Assembly (NCBI GenBank): GCA_035554115.1
Contig: DATMIW010000070.1
Span: 18,742 to 82,741 of the forward strand
Origin: Pseudolysinimonas sp.
Lineage (GTDB): Bacteria; Actinomycetota; Actinomycetes; Actinomycetales; Microbacteriaceae
Reading direction: 5' to 3'
DNA: 64,000 nt
Below are positions 36,733 to 45,985 of this stretch, piece by piece. How positions within the stretch are numbered: position 1 is the first letter of the stretch; each line of letters starts with the position of its first letter. The translations under genes and the position numbers were made by a program. A model generated the notes under the pieces. It worked only from the letters and a program-made list of their open reading frames with translations. It ran no database searches and was not told the origin of the DNA.

Positions 36733-37664
36733 ACGAAACATCGCCCACCGGAATCCTTCTCGTCGACAAACCGCAGGGCATCACGAGTCACGACGTCGTC
36801 GCGCGCGCCCGTCGCGCGCTCGGAACGCGCAAAGTCGGCCACGCGGGAACCCTCGACCCGATGGCAACAGGCCTTCTCGTGCTCGGTGTGGGCAGTTCGA
36901 CCCGTCTGCTCAGCTATGTCGTAGGGCTCGACAAGGATTACGAGGCCACGATTCGGCTGGGCCAATCGAGCGACACCGACGATGCCGACGGCGAGATTTC
37001 GGCCGCACGCTCGACCGATGCGGTAAGCGCAGATGCGCTCGCCACTGGTATAGCCGCCCTCACCGGGAGCATCTCGCAGGTGCCATCGACTTTCAGTGCC
37101 ATCAAGGTCGACGGTCGTCGCTCCTACGACCTCGCGAGGGCCGGCCACGCCGTCGAACTCGCCTCGCGCGCTGTCACCGTGTCGCGCTTTGAGGTCCGGG
37201 CCCGACGCGAAGCGACAGTCGACGGCACGCCGGTAATCGATCTGGATGTCGCGGTGACCTGCTCATCTGGCACCTATATCCGCGCCCTGGCCCGCGATCT
37301 CGGCAGTGCGCTGGGCGTCGGCGGGCACCTCACCGCCCTACGGCGCACCCGAATCGGTCCCTTCGTCGTTGCCGACGCAACGGTTCTTGAATCACAGCGC
37401 CCTTCTCCGGATGAGCCGTCACCGATTCACGCCGCCGATCTGCGCACAGCCGCGGCCACTGCCAGACAGCTTTTCCCCACCCTCGCCCTCGACGAGTCGG
37501 AGGCTGTCGCCCTGAGCCAGGGCAAGCGGCTAGCCGTCGACGTTCCCGACGCAGCAATTGTGGCGGCGCTCGCTCCGGACGGACATCTTGTGGGTCTGGT
37601 CTCGGTTACTGACGGCGAGGCGCGGGTGCTCGTGAATTTTCCGACAGAAGGGCGTGTTTCGTGA
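36729..37664 (+). CDS. truB: tRNA pseudouridine(55) synthase
   Basis: 'GILLVDKPQGITSHDVV' and 'GHAGTLDPMATGLLVLGVG' (catalytic Asp). Confidence 0.93.
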   Translation: MNETSPTGILLVDKPQGITSHDVVARARRALGTRKVGHAGTLDPMATGLLVLGVGSSTRLLSYVVGLDKDYEATIRLGQSSDTDDADGEISAARSTDAVSADALATGIAALTGSISQVPSTFSAIKVDGRRSYDLARAGHAVELASRAVTVSRFEVRARREATVDGTPVIDLDVAVTCSSGTYIRALARDLGSALGVGGHLTALRRTRIGPFVVADATVLESQRPSPDEPSPIHAADLRTAAATARQLFPTLALDESEAVALSQGKRLAVDVPDAAIVAALAPDGHLVGLVSVTDGEARVLVNFPTEGRVS

Positions 37665-38029
37665 TCCTGGGCTTCACCGTGATCCTCATCGGGGTCGCCG
37701 TCTTGGTTGGCGCGGTCTGCGTTGTGCTGGGGCTCGTCGGCAAGCGCCCCGCAGACATCAGCATTCTCGGGGTGGCCGTCGTCGAGCTTCTGGTCCTCGC
37801 GCAGATTGTGATCGCGATTATTGCGCCTGCTGTCGGCAATGAACCCACGGGAAGCGGGCTCGAATTCTGGGTGTACCTCGTCACCGCGGCAATCATTCCT
37901 CCTCTGGCCCTTGTGTGGGCGCTTCTTGAGCGCACGCGATGGAGCACCGTGGTGTTGGGAGTAGCAGCTCTCGCCATTGCGGTCATGGCCTACCGCATGC
38001 ATCAAATCTGGACCGTCCAACTGGCCTAG
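37661..38029 (+). CDS. Small integral membrane protein (hypothetical)
   Basis: Four hydrophobic helices. The GTG start overlaps the truB stop (GTGA). Confidence 0.55.
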   Translation: MILGFTVILIGVAVLVGAVCVVLGLVGKRPADISILGVAVVELLVLAQIVIAIIAPAVGNEPTGSGLEFWVYLVTAAIIPPLALVWALLERTRWSTVVLGVAALAIAVMAYRMHQIWTVQLA

Positions 38030-38040
38030 GCTTTCCTTCG

Positions 38041-38490
38041 ATGCCCACCTCCGCCCCGCCTCGCACACCGTCCCGGATTACGGGCGTCGGTCGTGTGCTC
38101 GTCGCGGTCTACGGGATCCTCGCGATTGCCGCCATCGGGCGCTCAGTATTCCAGATCGTCGACCGCTTCTCTGAGGCTCCGGTGGCGTTCTCGCTCTCCG
38201 CACTCTCCGCGGCGGTCTACCTCGTGGCGACTCTCGCGCTGGCTCTCGGATGGCATCGAGTCGCCGTCGCCACAATCGCATTCGAGCTCGCCGGGGTCCT
38301 CATCGTCGGCACAATCAGCCTGGTAGCCCCCGCTTTCATCGGCCTTGGGTCGATCGAGCCCTTCGGTCGCACTGCCACGGTGTGGAGCGTCTTCGGCGCT
38401 GGCTACCTGTTCATCCCCCTTGTGCTCCCGGTTCTCGGTCTTCTGTGGCTGCGCAGCCGGAATCCTCGTGCGGCTGCGGCGAGAGGCTAA
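38041..38490 (+). CDS. Integral membrane protein (hypothetical)
   Basis: I chose ATG 38041 ('MPTSAPPRT...'). Four hydrophobic helices. The ORF track opens at 37939, inside the previous gene. Confidence 0.55.
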   Translation: MPTSAPPRTPSRITGVGRVLVAVYGILAIAAIGRSVFQIVDRFSEAPVAFSLSALSAAVYLVATLALALGWHRVAVATIAFELAGVLIVGTISLVAPAFIGLGSIEPFGRTATVWSVFGAGYLFIPLVLPVLGLLWLRSRNPRAAAARG

Positions 38491-38492
38491 TC

Positions 38493-39449
38493 GTGCAGAT
38501 ATTTGAGGGGCTCGCGGCGGTCCCGCAAGGTTTCGGTCCGTCGGCGGTCACAATCGGCAAGTTCGATGGTTTGCACCTCGGGCACCGCGGCGTCATCGCT
38601 CAGCTGCGCGCGAGGGCCGGCGAATTGGGCCTGGTGTCCACTGTCGTGACCTTCGACCGGCATCCACTTGCCGTGCTCAAACCCGAATTGGCTCCGACCC
38701 CTCTCGTGAGCCCGGCGCAGAGGCTTGAACTTCTCTCCGAGTCGGGAGTCGATGCAGTCGTAGTTCTTGCATTCTTGACCGAGATGGCGCAGATGCTTCC
38801 CGAGGACTTCGTGCGCACCGTCCTCGTCGATCGGCTTAATGCCAAGCTCGTGCTGGCGGGTTCTGACTTCCGGTTCGGTTTGGGGGGAGCGGGCGACACC
38901 TCAGCGCTCGAGGGCTTCGGTGAACGCTACGGATTCGAGGTCGCCCTCATCGATGACGTGCGGCTTCCTGAAGGAGAGCGTCGCGCATCGTCGAAATGGA
39001 TCCGTGAGCTGCTGAGCAAGGGCCGGGTGCACGAGGCCGGGACTCTGCTGGGACGCCCGCCGGCCATTCGCTCGGTGGTCGTGCATGGCGAACGTCGCGG
39101 TCATGAACTCGGATTCCCGACAGCAAACCTTGACCCGAAAATCGAGGGCATGGTCCCGGTCGACGGCGTGTATTCGGGATGGGCAATCGTCGACGGCGTG
39201 ACATACGGAGCCGCGGTGTCGATCGGCAACAACCCGACCTTCGACGGCGTACTCCAGCATCAGGTCGAGGCCCACCTCCTCGACGTTGACGAAGACCTCG
39301 ACATTTACGGTCGGGAGATCGAGATCCAGTTCGTCGAGCACGTGCGACCTATGGTCAAATTCGACTCGATCGAGACGCTCATCGCGCAGATGGAAGACGA
39401 CGTCGCCGGCGTGCGGCGTACTCTCGGGCGACCCGCGCCTGCCCCCTGA
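38493..39449 (+). CDS. ribF: Bifunctional riboflavin kinase / FAD synthetase
   Basis: GTG 38493 follows GAGAGG. Motifs 'TIGKFDGLHLGHR' and 'GERRGHELGFPTANL'. The ORF-track start at 38250 overlaps the upstream gene. Confidence 0.92.
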   Translation: MQIFEGLAAVPQGFGPSAVTIGKFDGLHLGHRGVIAQLRARAGELGLVSTVVTFDRHPLAVLKPELAPTPLVSPAQRLELLSESGVDAVVVLAFLTEMAQMLPEDFVRTVLVDRLNAKLVLAGSDFRFGLGGAGDTSALEGFGERYGFEVALIDDVRLPEGERRASSKWIRELLSKGRVHEAGTLLGRPPAIRSVVVHGERRGHELGFPTANLDPKIEGMVPVDGVYSGWAIVDGVTYGAAVSIGNNPTFDGVLQHQVEAHLLDVDEDLDIYGREIEIQFVEHVRPMVKFDSIETLIAQMEDDVAGVRRTLGRPAPAP

Positions 39450-39493
39450 GCTGGCGGCTGCCGAATCTCGGTGGTCGCACCTACACTGACGCC

Positions 39494-39910
39494 GTGGACG
39501 AAGTCGTGGTCGTGGAGCGGGTCATCGACCTCCCGTGGGTGATTGTCGTCGACGCGTTCATCGACCCGATCCTCGTTGAGGGATGGATGCATCCGACGGC
39601 TCGCTTAGTCCCCGACGGTAGCGCGATTCCCCCGCAGGGAGTGCCCATCGTTTCGGAGACAGATGAGCTAGGGCAGGTCCAGGTCGAGCTGTACGAGCGG
39701 GCCAGGGGCACCCGCGGTGCCTCGACGCGCGTGGTGATCACCGTGCAGTCGTCTCTCGAGCCTCACCGCAGCACCCTTCTGAGGGCGAGCTGGCTGACGC
39801 GGATCGACCAGCTGGAGGGGCTGCTTCGCGGGCATCCCGTCGACTGGGAGCACTGGGATGAGCAATACGGGGCCGACTACGCGGGCTATCTCGCGCAGGG
39901 CGCGTCGTAG
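39494..39910 (+). CDS. SRPBCC (START/Aha1-like) domain protein, hypothetical
   Basis: 'VERVIDLPWVIVVDAFIDPILVEGW' N-terminal pattern and a 'RIDQLEGLL' C-terminal helix resemble the SRPBCC fold. This is weak, motif-level evidence only. Confidence 0.5.
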   Translation: MDEVVVVERVIDLPWVIVVDAFIDPILVEGWMHPTARLVPDGSAIPPQGVPIVSETDELGQVQVELYERARGTRGASTRVVITVQSSLEPHRSTLLRASWLTRIDQLEGLLRGHPVDWEHWDEQYGADYAGYLAQGAS

Positions 39911-39962
39911 TCCGGATGCCCCACCCCGGCCGAGGTGCAGCTCGGCTCGGTAGACTCCCTAG

Positions 39963-40976
39963 ATGACCGTGCAGCGGGGTGACACCCTGGCAACCGCGGA
40001 GCGGGCGACACGCCTGCTCGGCGGCGAGCTGACGGAAACCGGTTTGCGACGCCACCTCGCAGCTCTCCCGCGGGTCGACGGTGTCGGACTCGAGCAGCGC
40101 GCACAGACCCTCGGCACGCGGTCCATCAAAACGACCTCCAAGGCCCAAGCTCTCGACACGATAATCGGGCTTATCGATCTCACCACGCTCGAGGGTGCCG
40201 ACACCCCCGGCCGCATTCGATCCCTTGTCGCGAAGGCTCGGCGACCCGATTCCACAGATCTCGCCACACCCCGCGTCGCGGCGGTCTGCGTGTACGGAGA
40301 TCGGGTGGCTGACGCGGTTGCGGCTCTCGGAATCGATCACGGCGATCCGGATGCGGGCCTCATATCCGTCGCGGCCGTCGCTACTGCCTTCCCCAGTGGG
40401 CGCGCGTCCTTGCGCATCAAGCTCGCCGACACGGCCGAGGCAGTGGCCGCCGGCGCTGACGAAATCGACATGGTGATCGATCGTGGGGCGTTTCTTGCAG
40501 GCCGCTACGGACAGGTTTTCGACGAAATCGTTGCCGTCCGCCAGGCCTGTCAACGTGCGGATGGAACAGCCGCCCACCTCAAGGTGATCCTCGAGACGGG
40601 TGAGCTGGCGACGTACGACAATGTGCGCCGCGCATCGTGGCTGGCAATTCTGGCCGGTGCGGACTTCATCAAGACCTCAACGGGCAAAGTCGCGCCCGCG
40701 GCCACCCTGCCGGTCACGCTGCTCATGCTCGAGGTCGTGCGCGACTGGCATCGGCTGACGGGCGAGAGCATTGGGGTGAAGCCGGCCGGCGGCATCCGAA
40801 GCTCGAAGGACGCAATCCGATACCTCGTAACCGTGGCCGAAACTGTGGGGGAGCGCTGGCTGCAGCCGCATCTGTTCCGGTTCGGCGCATCGGGGCTGCT
40901 CAACGATGTATTGCTGCAGCGTCAGAAGATTTCGACAGGCCGGTACTCCGGCCCCGACTATGTGACGGCGGACTGA
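39963..40976 (+). CDS. deoC: Deoxyribose-phosphate aldolase (long form)
   Basis: 'IDLTTLEGADTP', 'ADEIDMVIDRG', 'LKVILETGEL', 'FIKTSTGK' (Schiff-base Lys) and 'GVKPAGGIR'. Confidence 0.88.
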   Translation: MTVQRGDTLATAERATRLLGGELTETGLRRHLAALPRVDGVGLEQRAQTLGTRSIKTTSKAQALDTIIGLIDLTTLEGADTPGRIRSLVAKARRPDSTDLATPRVAAVCVYGDRVADAVAALGIDHGDPDAGLISVAAVATAFPSGRASLRIKLADTAEAVAAGADEIDMVIDRGAFLAGRYGQVFDEIVAVRQACQRADGTAAHLKVILETGELATYDNVRRASWLAILAGADFIKTSTGKVAPAATLPVTLLMLEVVRDWHRLTGESIGVKPAGGIRSSKDAIRYLVTVAETVGERWLQPHLFRFGASGLLNDVLLQRQKISTGRYSGPDYVTAD

Positions 40977-42418
40977 TGGGTTTCTTGGACTACGCTCCCG
41001 CGCCGGAGTCGACGAGCATCCTGCGACTGCGCCCCAGCTACGGTCTTTTCATCGACGGTGACTTCTCTGACGGGTCGGGTGCGGAATTCACGACGATATC
41101 CCCGGCAACCGAGCAGCCGATTGCCCGGATCGCGAGTGCTGACGCGGGGGACGTTGACCGTGCGGTGGCCGCGGCACGGCGTGCTTTCGACACGACATGG
41201 TCGACGATGCGCGGCACCGATCGCGGCAAATACCTGTTCCGCATCGCGCGACTCATTCAGGAGCGCGCCCGCGAGTTGGCCGTCGCCGAGACATTCGACA
41301 ACGGCAAGCCGATCCGTGAGAGCCGGGATGTCGACATTCCGCTTGTCGCGGCCTGGTTCTTCTACTACGCGGGCTGGGCCGACAAACTCGACTACGCGGG
41401 CCTGGGCGCTGCCCCGCGTCCGCTCGGTGTTGCCGCGCAGATCATTCCGTGGAACTTCCCGCTGCTCATGCTGGCGTGGAAGATCGCCCCGGCACTGGCA
41501 ACCGGCAATACCGTCGTTCTCAAACCCGCCGAGACAACCCCTCTCACAGCGCTGCTGTTTGCCGAGATTCTGCAGCAGGCCGATCTTCCCGCCGGCGTCG
41601 TGAATATCATCACGGGGGCGGGCGACACGGGCGCCGCGCTCGTGCGGCATCCGGATGTCGACAAGATCGCTTTCACGGGTTCGACGGCTGTGGGGCGAGA
41701 GATCGCCAAAGCCGTGGCGGGGCGCCCCACGCGGGTCAGTCTTGAGCTGGGGGGCAAAGGCGCCAACATCGTGTTCGACGATGCCCCGCTCGATGAGGCC
41801 GTCGAGGGCATCGTCAACGGGATCTTCTTCAATCAGGGACAGGTGTGCTGCGCAGGAAGCCGCTTGCTGGTGCAGGAGAACATTCACGAGGAGGTTGTGG
41901 CCCGCCTGAAGGAGCGCCTCACGACACTACGTCTGGGTGACCCGCTCGACAAGAACACCGATATCGGTGCGATCAACTCGGCCGAACAGCTCGCGCGCAT
42001 CCGGCGCTTGAGCGATCTGGGGGAGGCCGAAGGCTCCGAGCGGTGGACGGCACCGTGCGAAATCCCTGCGTCCGGCTTCTGGTTCGCGCCGACGCTGTTC
42101 ACCGGGGTCACGACGTCATCGACTATTGCCCGCGACGAGATCTTCGGACCCGTTCTATCGGTCCTCACCTTCCGCACTCCCGCCGAGGCAATCGCGAAGG
42201 CCAACAACACGCCCTATGGGCTGTCGGCCGGAATCTGGAGTGACAAGGGCTCCAAGATCCTCGCGGTGGCGGATGGGCTGCGCGCCGGTGTGGTCTGGGC
42301 GAACACCTTCAACCGCTTCGACCCGTCCTCGCCCTTCGGCGGCTACAAAGAATCCGGGTATGGCCGCGAGGGCGGCCGTCACGGCCTGACGAGCTACCTG
42401 CAGGGAGGGGCCATATGA
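40976..42418 (+). CDS. NAD(P)-dependent aldehyde dehydrogenase
   Basis: 'IIPWNFPLLMLAWKIAPALATGNTVVLKPAE', 'LELGGKGANIVF' (catalytic Glu) and 'FFNQGQVCCAGSRLLV' (catalytic Cys). ATG 40976 overlaps the deoC stop by 1 nt. Confidence 0.9.
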   Translation: MGFLDYAPAPESTSILRLRPSYGLFIDGDFSDGSGAEFTTISPATEQPIARIASADAGDVDRAVAAARRAFDTTWSTMRGTDRGKYLFRIARLIQERARELAVAETFDNGKPIRESRDVDIPLVAAWFFYYAGWADKLDYAGLGAAPRPLGVAAQIIPWNFPLLMLAWKIAPALATGNTVVLKPAETTPLTALLFAEILQQADLPAGVVNIITGAGDTGAALVRHPDVDKIAFTGSTAVGREIAKAVAGRPTRVSLELGGKGANIVFDDAPLDEAVEGIVNGIFFNQGQVCCAGSRLLVQENIHEEVVARLKERLTTLRLGDPLDKNTDIGAINSAEQLARIRRLSDLGEAEGSERWTAPCEIPASGFWFAPTLFTGVTTSSTIARDEIFGPVLSVLTFRTPAEAIAKANNTPYGLSAGIWSDKGSKILAVADGLRAGVVWANTFNRFDPSSPFGGYKESGYGREGGRHGLTSYLQGGAI

Positions 42419-43278
42419 CCCGCCTGAGCATCCCCAAGACCTACAAGCTGGCAATCGGCGGTGCGTTCCCGCGCAGCGAGTCGGGTCGCAGTTACACCGT
42501 GCAGAGCGCAGATGGCGGATTCTTGGCGAATGCCGCCCAGGCAAGCCGCAAAGACGCTCGGGACGCCGTGGTCGCCGCCCGCGCCGCACAGCCTGGCTGG
42601 GCCGCCGCCACTGCCTACAACCGCGGCCAGGTGCTCTATCGCATCGCCGAGCTGCTCGACGGCCGCCGGGCGCAGTTCATCGAGGAAATCGTTGCCACCG
42701 AGGGCGTTAGCGCCGCCGACGCTGCAGTGCAGGTTGACGCCGCCACCGATACGTGGATCTGGTACGCCGGCTGGGCAGACAAGTTCGCCCAGGTGGTCGG
42801 GGCCGGCAATCCCGTCGCGGGCCCGTACTTCAACCTTTCGGTTCCCGAGCCGACGGGCGTGGTTGCCGCAATCGCACCCCAGGGCGTTACCGGCGCATCC
42901 CTCCTTGGCACCGTCGCCGTCATCGCACCGGCGATTGTGAGCGGAAACACCGTCGTCGTTATCGCCGACGAAACGCGGCCTCTCAGCGCTATCAGCCTCG
43001 CTGAGGTTCTCGCCACGAGTGATGTGCCGGGGGGAGTGGTGAATGTCCTCACCGGACTGCCAGCAGAGATCGCTCCCTGGCTGGCGTCCCATTCCGATGT
43101 CAACGCCCTCGACATGGCCGGCGCCGGCGCCCTCGACTGGGTCAACCTCGAGATTGCCGCCGCCGAGACCCTCACGCGCATTGTTCGTCCGGTGCCGGGC
43201 ATTCCCGAGCAGTCTCTCGAGCGCATCCTGTCCTTCATCGAGACGAAGACCGTCTGGCACACGAAAGGCCTGCTCTAG
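42415..43278 (+). CDS. Aldehyde-dehydrogenase-like protein lacking the catalytic domain
   Basis: ALDH N-terminal/NAD-binding-like region ('AAATAYNRGQVLYRIAELL', 'APAIVSGNTVVVIADE', 'VPGGVVNVLTG') and an ALDH-like C-terminal tail ('FIETKTVW'). At 287 aa it has no ELGGK or catalytic Cys segment. ATGA overlap with the upstream ALDH. Confidence 0.7.
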   Translation: MTRLSIPKTYKLAIGGAFPRSESGRSYTVQSADGGFLANAAQASRKDARDAVVAARAAQPGWAAATAYNRGQVLYRIAELLDGRRAQFIEEIVATEGVSAADAAVQVDAATDTWIWYAGWADKFAQVVGAGNPVAGPYFNLSVPEPTGVVAAIAPQGVTGASLLGTVAVIAPAIVSGNTVVVIADETRPLSAISLAEVLATSDVPGGVVNVLTGLPAEIAPWLASHSDVNALDMAGAGALDWVNLEIAAAETLTRIVRPVPGIPEQSLERILSFIETKTVWHTKGLL

Positions 43279-43703
43279 TGCCCGCAGCCCAACGCCCCGC
43301 ATCGCGATCCGGATCCCAACGCCCCGGATCCCGGCGCCCTGCGTCCCAACGCCCCGGCGACCGCTACGGAGACCCCAAGGTCCGCCGCACGGGCCTCGCG
43401 CCCGGCCTACTCGGCGCCATCGCGCTCCTGGCCGGTCTTGCGCTCATCGACAGCCCCGGCTTCATCGTCATCCGCTATCTCGTGGCGATTCTCGCGATCA
43501 TCGTCGGGGTCTTCGCCTTCCAGGCTCGCCAGTGGTGGTGGTTGCCGCTTCTCGCGGCGATTGCGGTCATCTGGAACCCGGTATTTCCGCTGGACTGGAG
43601 CGGACAAGCCTGGGTCGGCGCTCAGTACATTGCCGTCCTGGTCTTCGTGATCGCCGGGGTGCTCATCAAGGTGCCAACAACAGAAGAAGACACCAGACGC
43701 TGA
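43278..43703 (+). CDS. Small membrane protein with N-terminal 'QRP' repeats (hypothetical)
   Basis: 'AAQRPASRSGSQRPGSRRPASQRPG' followed by four hydrophobic helices. 'cccaacgcccc' occurs three times in the DNA. Confidence 0.6.
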   Translation: MPAAQRPASRSGSQRPGSRRPASQRPGDRYGDPKVRRTGLAPGLLGAIALLAGLALIDSPGFIVIRYLVAILAIIVGVFAFQARQWWWLPLLAAIAVIWNPVFPLDWSGQAWVGAQYIAVLVFVIAGVLIKVPTTEEDTRR

Positions 43704-43858
43704 TTTCGGGGTCCGTCTGATAGATTAGATTCTGCGAACCACCCACCGGCCAAAGCCGGGTCTGGGAGCTTGTCGGATCGCATCCAGGATCACCTTCTTA
43801 CACTCGATCCGCTCGAGAACCGCTTTCACCGTTCTTGCTCGGATCACTCAGGAGCACC

Positions 43859-45985
43859 ATGGCCACATCCGGCCAGAAGAGATCGTCTCAACGCAGCACG
43901 ACGAAACGTCCTGCGGCGTCGCGGCGTCGTGCGCACCACGACGAGGCGGGTGTCATCCCCGTATTGGCGCGCACAGTCCGCACAATCGAGAACTCTGCCG
44001 AGCGCGGCAAGGTCAACGCCTCGAACCGCACCCGGTTCCGTGTCGTGGCCGTTCTCGTGCGTGAGGAGCGGGCGCGCATCAAATCCGATGTTCACCTCAC
44101 GGATGCCGAGCGCACAAAAGAACTGACGCGCCTTGACGGGATTGCCACCATCATGGCGAAGACCGCGTCACGCGACACCAGCCTGATTCAGCTGCTCACC
44201 GACAATGCCCCGCTCACGCCGGCTGCCCAGGAGATGCGCCGCGCGATGCTGATGGAAGCCGGCAGCGAGCTGAGCCCCGAAGACCTCATCGTGGTGACCG
44301 AGGCGCCAGCCAAACCCGCCGAAGAAGAGCGTCAGGTTGTTCCGCGATCTGTTCAGCAGTTCCAAATGTCGAACCCGTTCCTGGCACCCGACTTCAGCAA
44401 TGTGCAGCCCGTCGCATCCACGGCCGGCCGACTTGCAAACTGGGATCTCATCGATCCGCTTTTCCGGTCGTTCGAGATGGGAGGCGGGGGCGCTGCCACC
44501 ATGAACCTTCCGGCCCCACGCACCCTCGACACCCCGGGCGGAACGCCCCTGATGATTCACCAGGCGCGCTTCGTCGAAAGTGCGCGGGCAGGCCACCGAA
44601 CCTATCTGCTGGCCGACGAACCCGGACTCGGCAAGACCGCGCAGGCCTTGCTCGCGGCCGACGTAACCGGATCCTTTCCGCTTCTCGTGGTCGTGCCCAA
44701 CGTCGTCAAAGTTAACTGGGCGCGCGAGGTCGACAAGTGGATCCCGCAGCGCCAGGCAACTGTCGTTCACGGCGACGGCGAAGATCTCGACGCATTCGCC
44801 GATGTCGTCATTGTCAACTACGAGGTTCTCGACCGCCACACCGCCTGGCTCTCTCGGCGCGGTTTCAAGGGCATGGTCGTCGACGAGGCGCATTTCATCA
44901 AGAACAAAGAGTCGCAGCGGTCCCGCCACGTGCAGTCGCTGTCGCGCAGCATCCGGGCGACCTATTCGGATGCGCTGTTCATCGCGCTCACCGGTACGCC
45001 CCTGATCAACCAGATCGAAGACTTCCGAATGATCTGGCAGTACCTCGGCTGGATCGACGAGAAGAACCCCCTTCCGCGCCTCATGCGCAAGCTGGAGGAG
45101 ACCGAACTGAGCCCGGGTGAACCCGGATTCTTCGCCGCCGCACGCACCGCTGTCGTGGACATGGGCATTGTGCGCCGCAAAAAGGTGGATGTCGCAGCCG
45201 ACATTCCCGCGCGCCGCATAGCCGACATTCCGGTTGAACTCGACGGCGAATCCGGTCGTTCGATCCACGCGGCCGAAGCGGCTCTCGTCAATCGGCTCGT
45301 CGAACGCTACCGCCGGGTTCGCGCGACGCGACCCGATGTCGACAGCCTCGAGCTCATCCGTCTCGTTGCCTCTGCAGAACTCGAAGAGACGTCGGGCGCA
45401 TCGGGCGGCGACAATGTTTTCGCCATGGTGCGGCGCATTGGCCAGGCCAAGGCGACACCTGCGGCCGACTACACGGTCAACCTGGCCCGCAATGTGGGCA
45501 AGGTGGTGTTCTTCGCGAAGCACATCGACGTCATGGACGAGGCCGAACGCCATTTTGCCGCAGCAGGAATCCGCACCGTCAGCATTCGTGGTGAACAGTC
45601 GACGAAGGCCCGTACAGCCGCGCTTGACGCGTTCACGAACGATCCCGAGGTGTCAGTGATCGTGTGTTCGCTGACCGCTGCGGGGGTGGGCATCAACCTT
45701 CAGGCGGCATCGAACGTGGTTCTCGCCGAACTCAGTTGGACCAACGCCGAGCAGACCCAGGCCATCGACCGCGTCCACCGCATTGGGCAAGAGCTTCCGG
45801 TGACAGCGTGGCGAATTATCGCCGCCGGCACCATCGACAGCCGCATCAGCGAACTGATCGACGCGAAGGCCGGTCTCGCCGCACGCGCTCTTGATGGCGC
45901 CGAAACTACCGAAATGGATGACAGCTCGGTTCAGCTCGAGGCTCTTGTCACCCTTCTCCGCTCCGCAATCGCGGAGGACGACTAA
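43859..45985 (+). CDS. SNF2/RAD54-family helicase
   Basis: Motif I 'ADEPGLGKTAQAL', motif II 'VVDEAHFIKN', 'LTGTPLINQIEDF', and helicase-C 'AAGVGINLQAASNVVLAELSWTNAEQTQAIDRVHRIGQ'. ATG 43859 follows AGGAG. Confidence 0.88.
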   Translation: MATSGQKRSSQRSTTKRPAASRRRAHHDEAGVIPVLARTVRTIENSAERGKVNASNRTRFRVVAVLVREERARIKSDVHLTDAERTKELTRLDGIATIMAKTASRDTSLIQLLTDNAPLTPAAQEMRRAMLMEAGSELSPEDLIVVTEAPAKPAEEERQVVPRSVQQFQMSNPFLAPDFSNVQPVASTAGRLANWDLIDPLFRSFEMGGGGAATMNLPAPRTLDTPGGTPLMIHQARFVESARAGHRTYLLADEPGLGKTAQALLAADVTGSFPLLVVVPNVVKVNWAREVDKWIPQRQATVVHGDGEDLDAFADVVIVNYEVLDRHTAWLSRRGFKGMVVDEAHFIKNKESQRSRHVQSLSRSIRATYSDALFIALTGTPLINQIEDFRMIWQYLGWIDEKNPLPRLMRKLEETELSPGEPGFFAAARTAVVDMGIVRRKKVDVAADIPARRIADIPVELDGESGRSIHAAEAALVNRLVERYRRVRATRPDVDSLELIRLVASAELEETSGASGGDNVFAMVRRIGQAKATPAADYTVNLARNVGKVVFFAKHIDVMDEAERHFAAAGIRTVSIRGEQSTKARTAALDAFTNDPEVSVIVCSLTAAGVGINLQAASNVVLAELSWTNAEQTQAIDRVHRIGQELPVTAWRIIAAGTIDSRISELIDAKAGLAARALDGAETTEMDDSSVQLEALVTLLRSAIAEDD

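Noticed and set aside
40637-40975. ORF-track 5' extensions of genes: ALDH from 40637, ribF from 38250, helicase from 55867, membrane protein from 37939, MFS to 36110, YihY to 63810, IF-2 from 28447, MoxR from 2750
   Set aside because: The extensions overlap the preceding supported gene or lack family-consistent sequence. Downstream starts have Shine-Dalgarno-like purine runs or stop-start overlaps and give canonical N-termini.
44168-45553. 461-aa minus-strand ORF, together with similar long antisense ORFs at 56392-57381, 24865-25614, 40958-41887, 42394-43302 and 18151-19089
   Set aside because: Each lies opposite a gene with strong motif support (SNF2, DUF3516 helicase, proS, ALDH, ispG/MoxR). 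None carries a recognisable motif.
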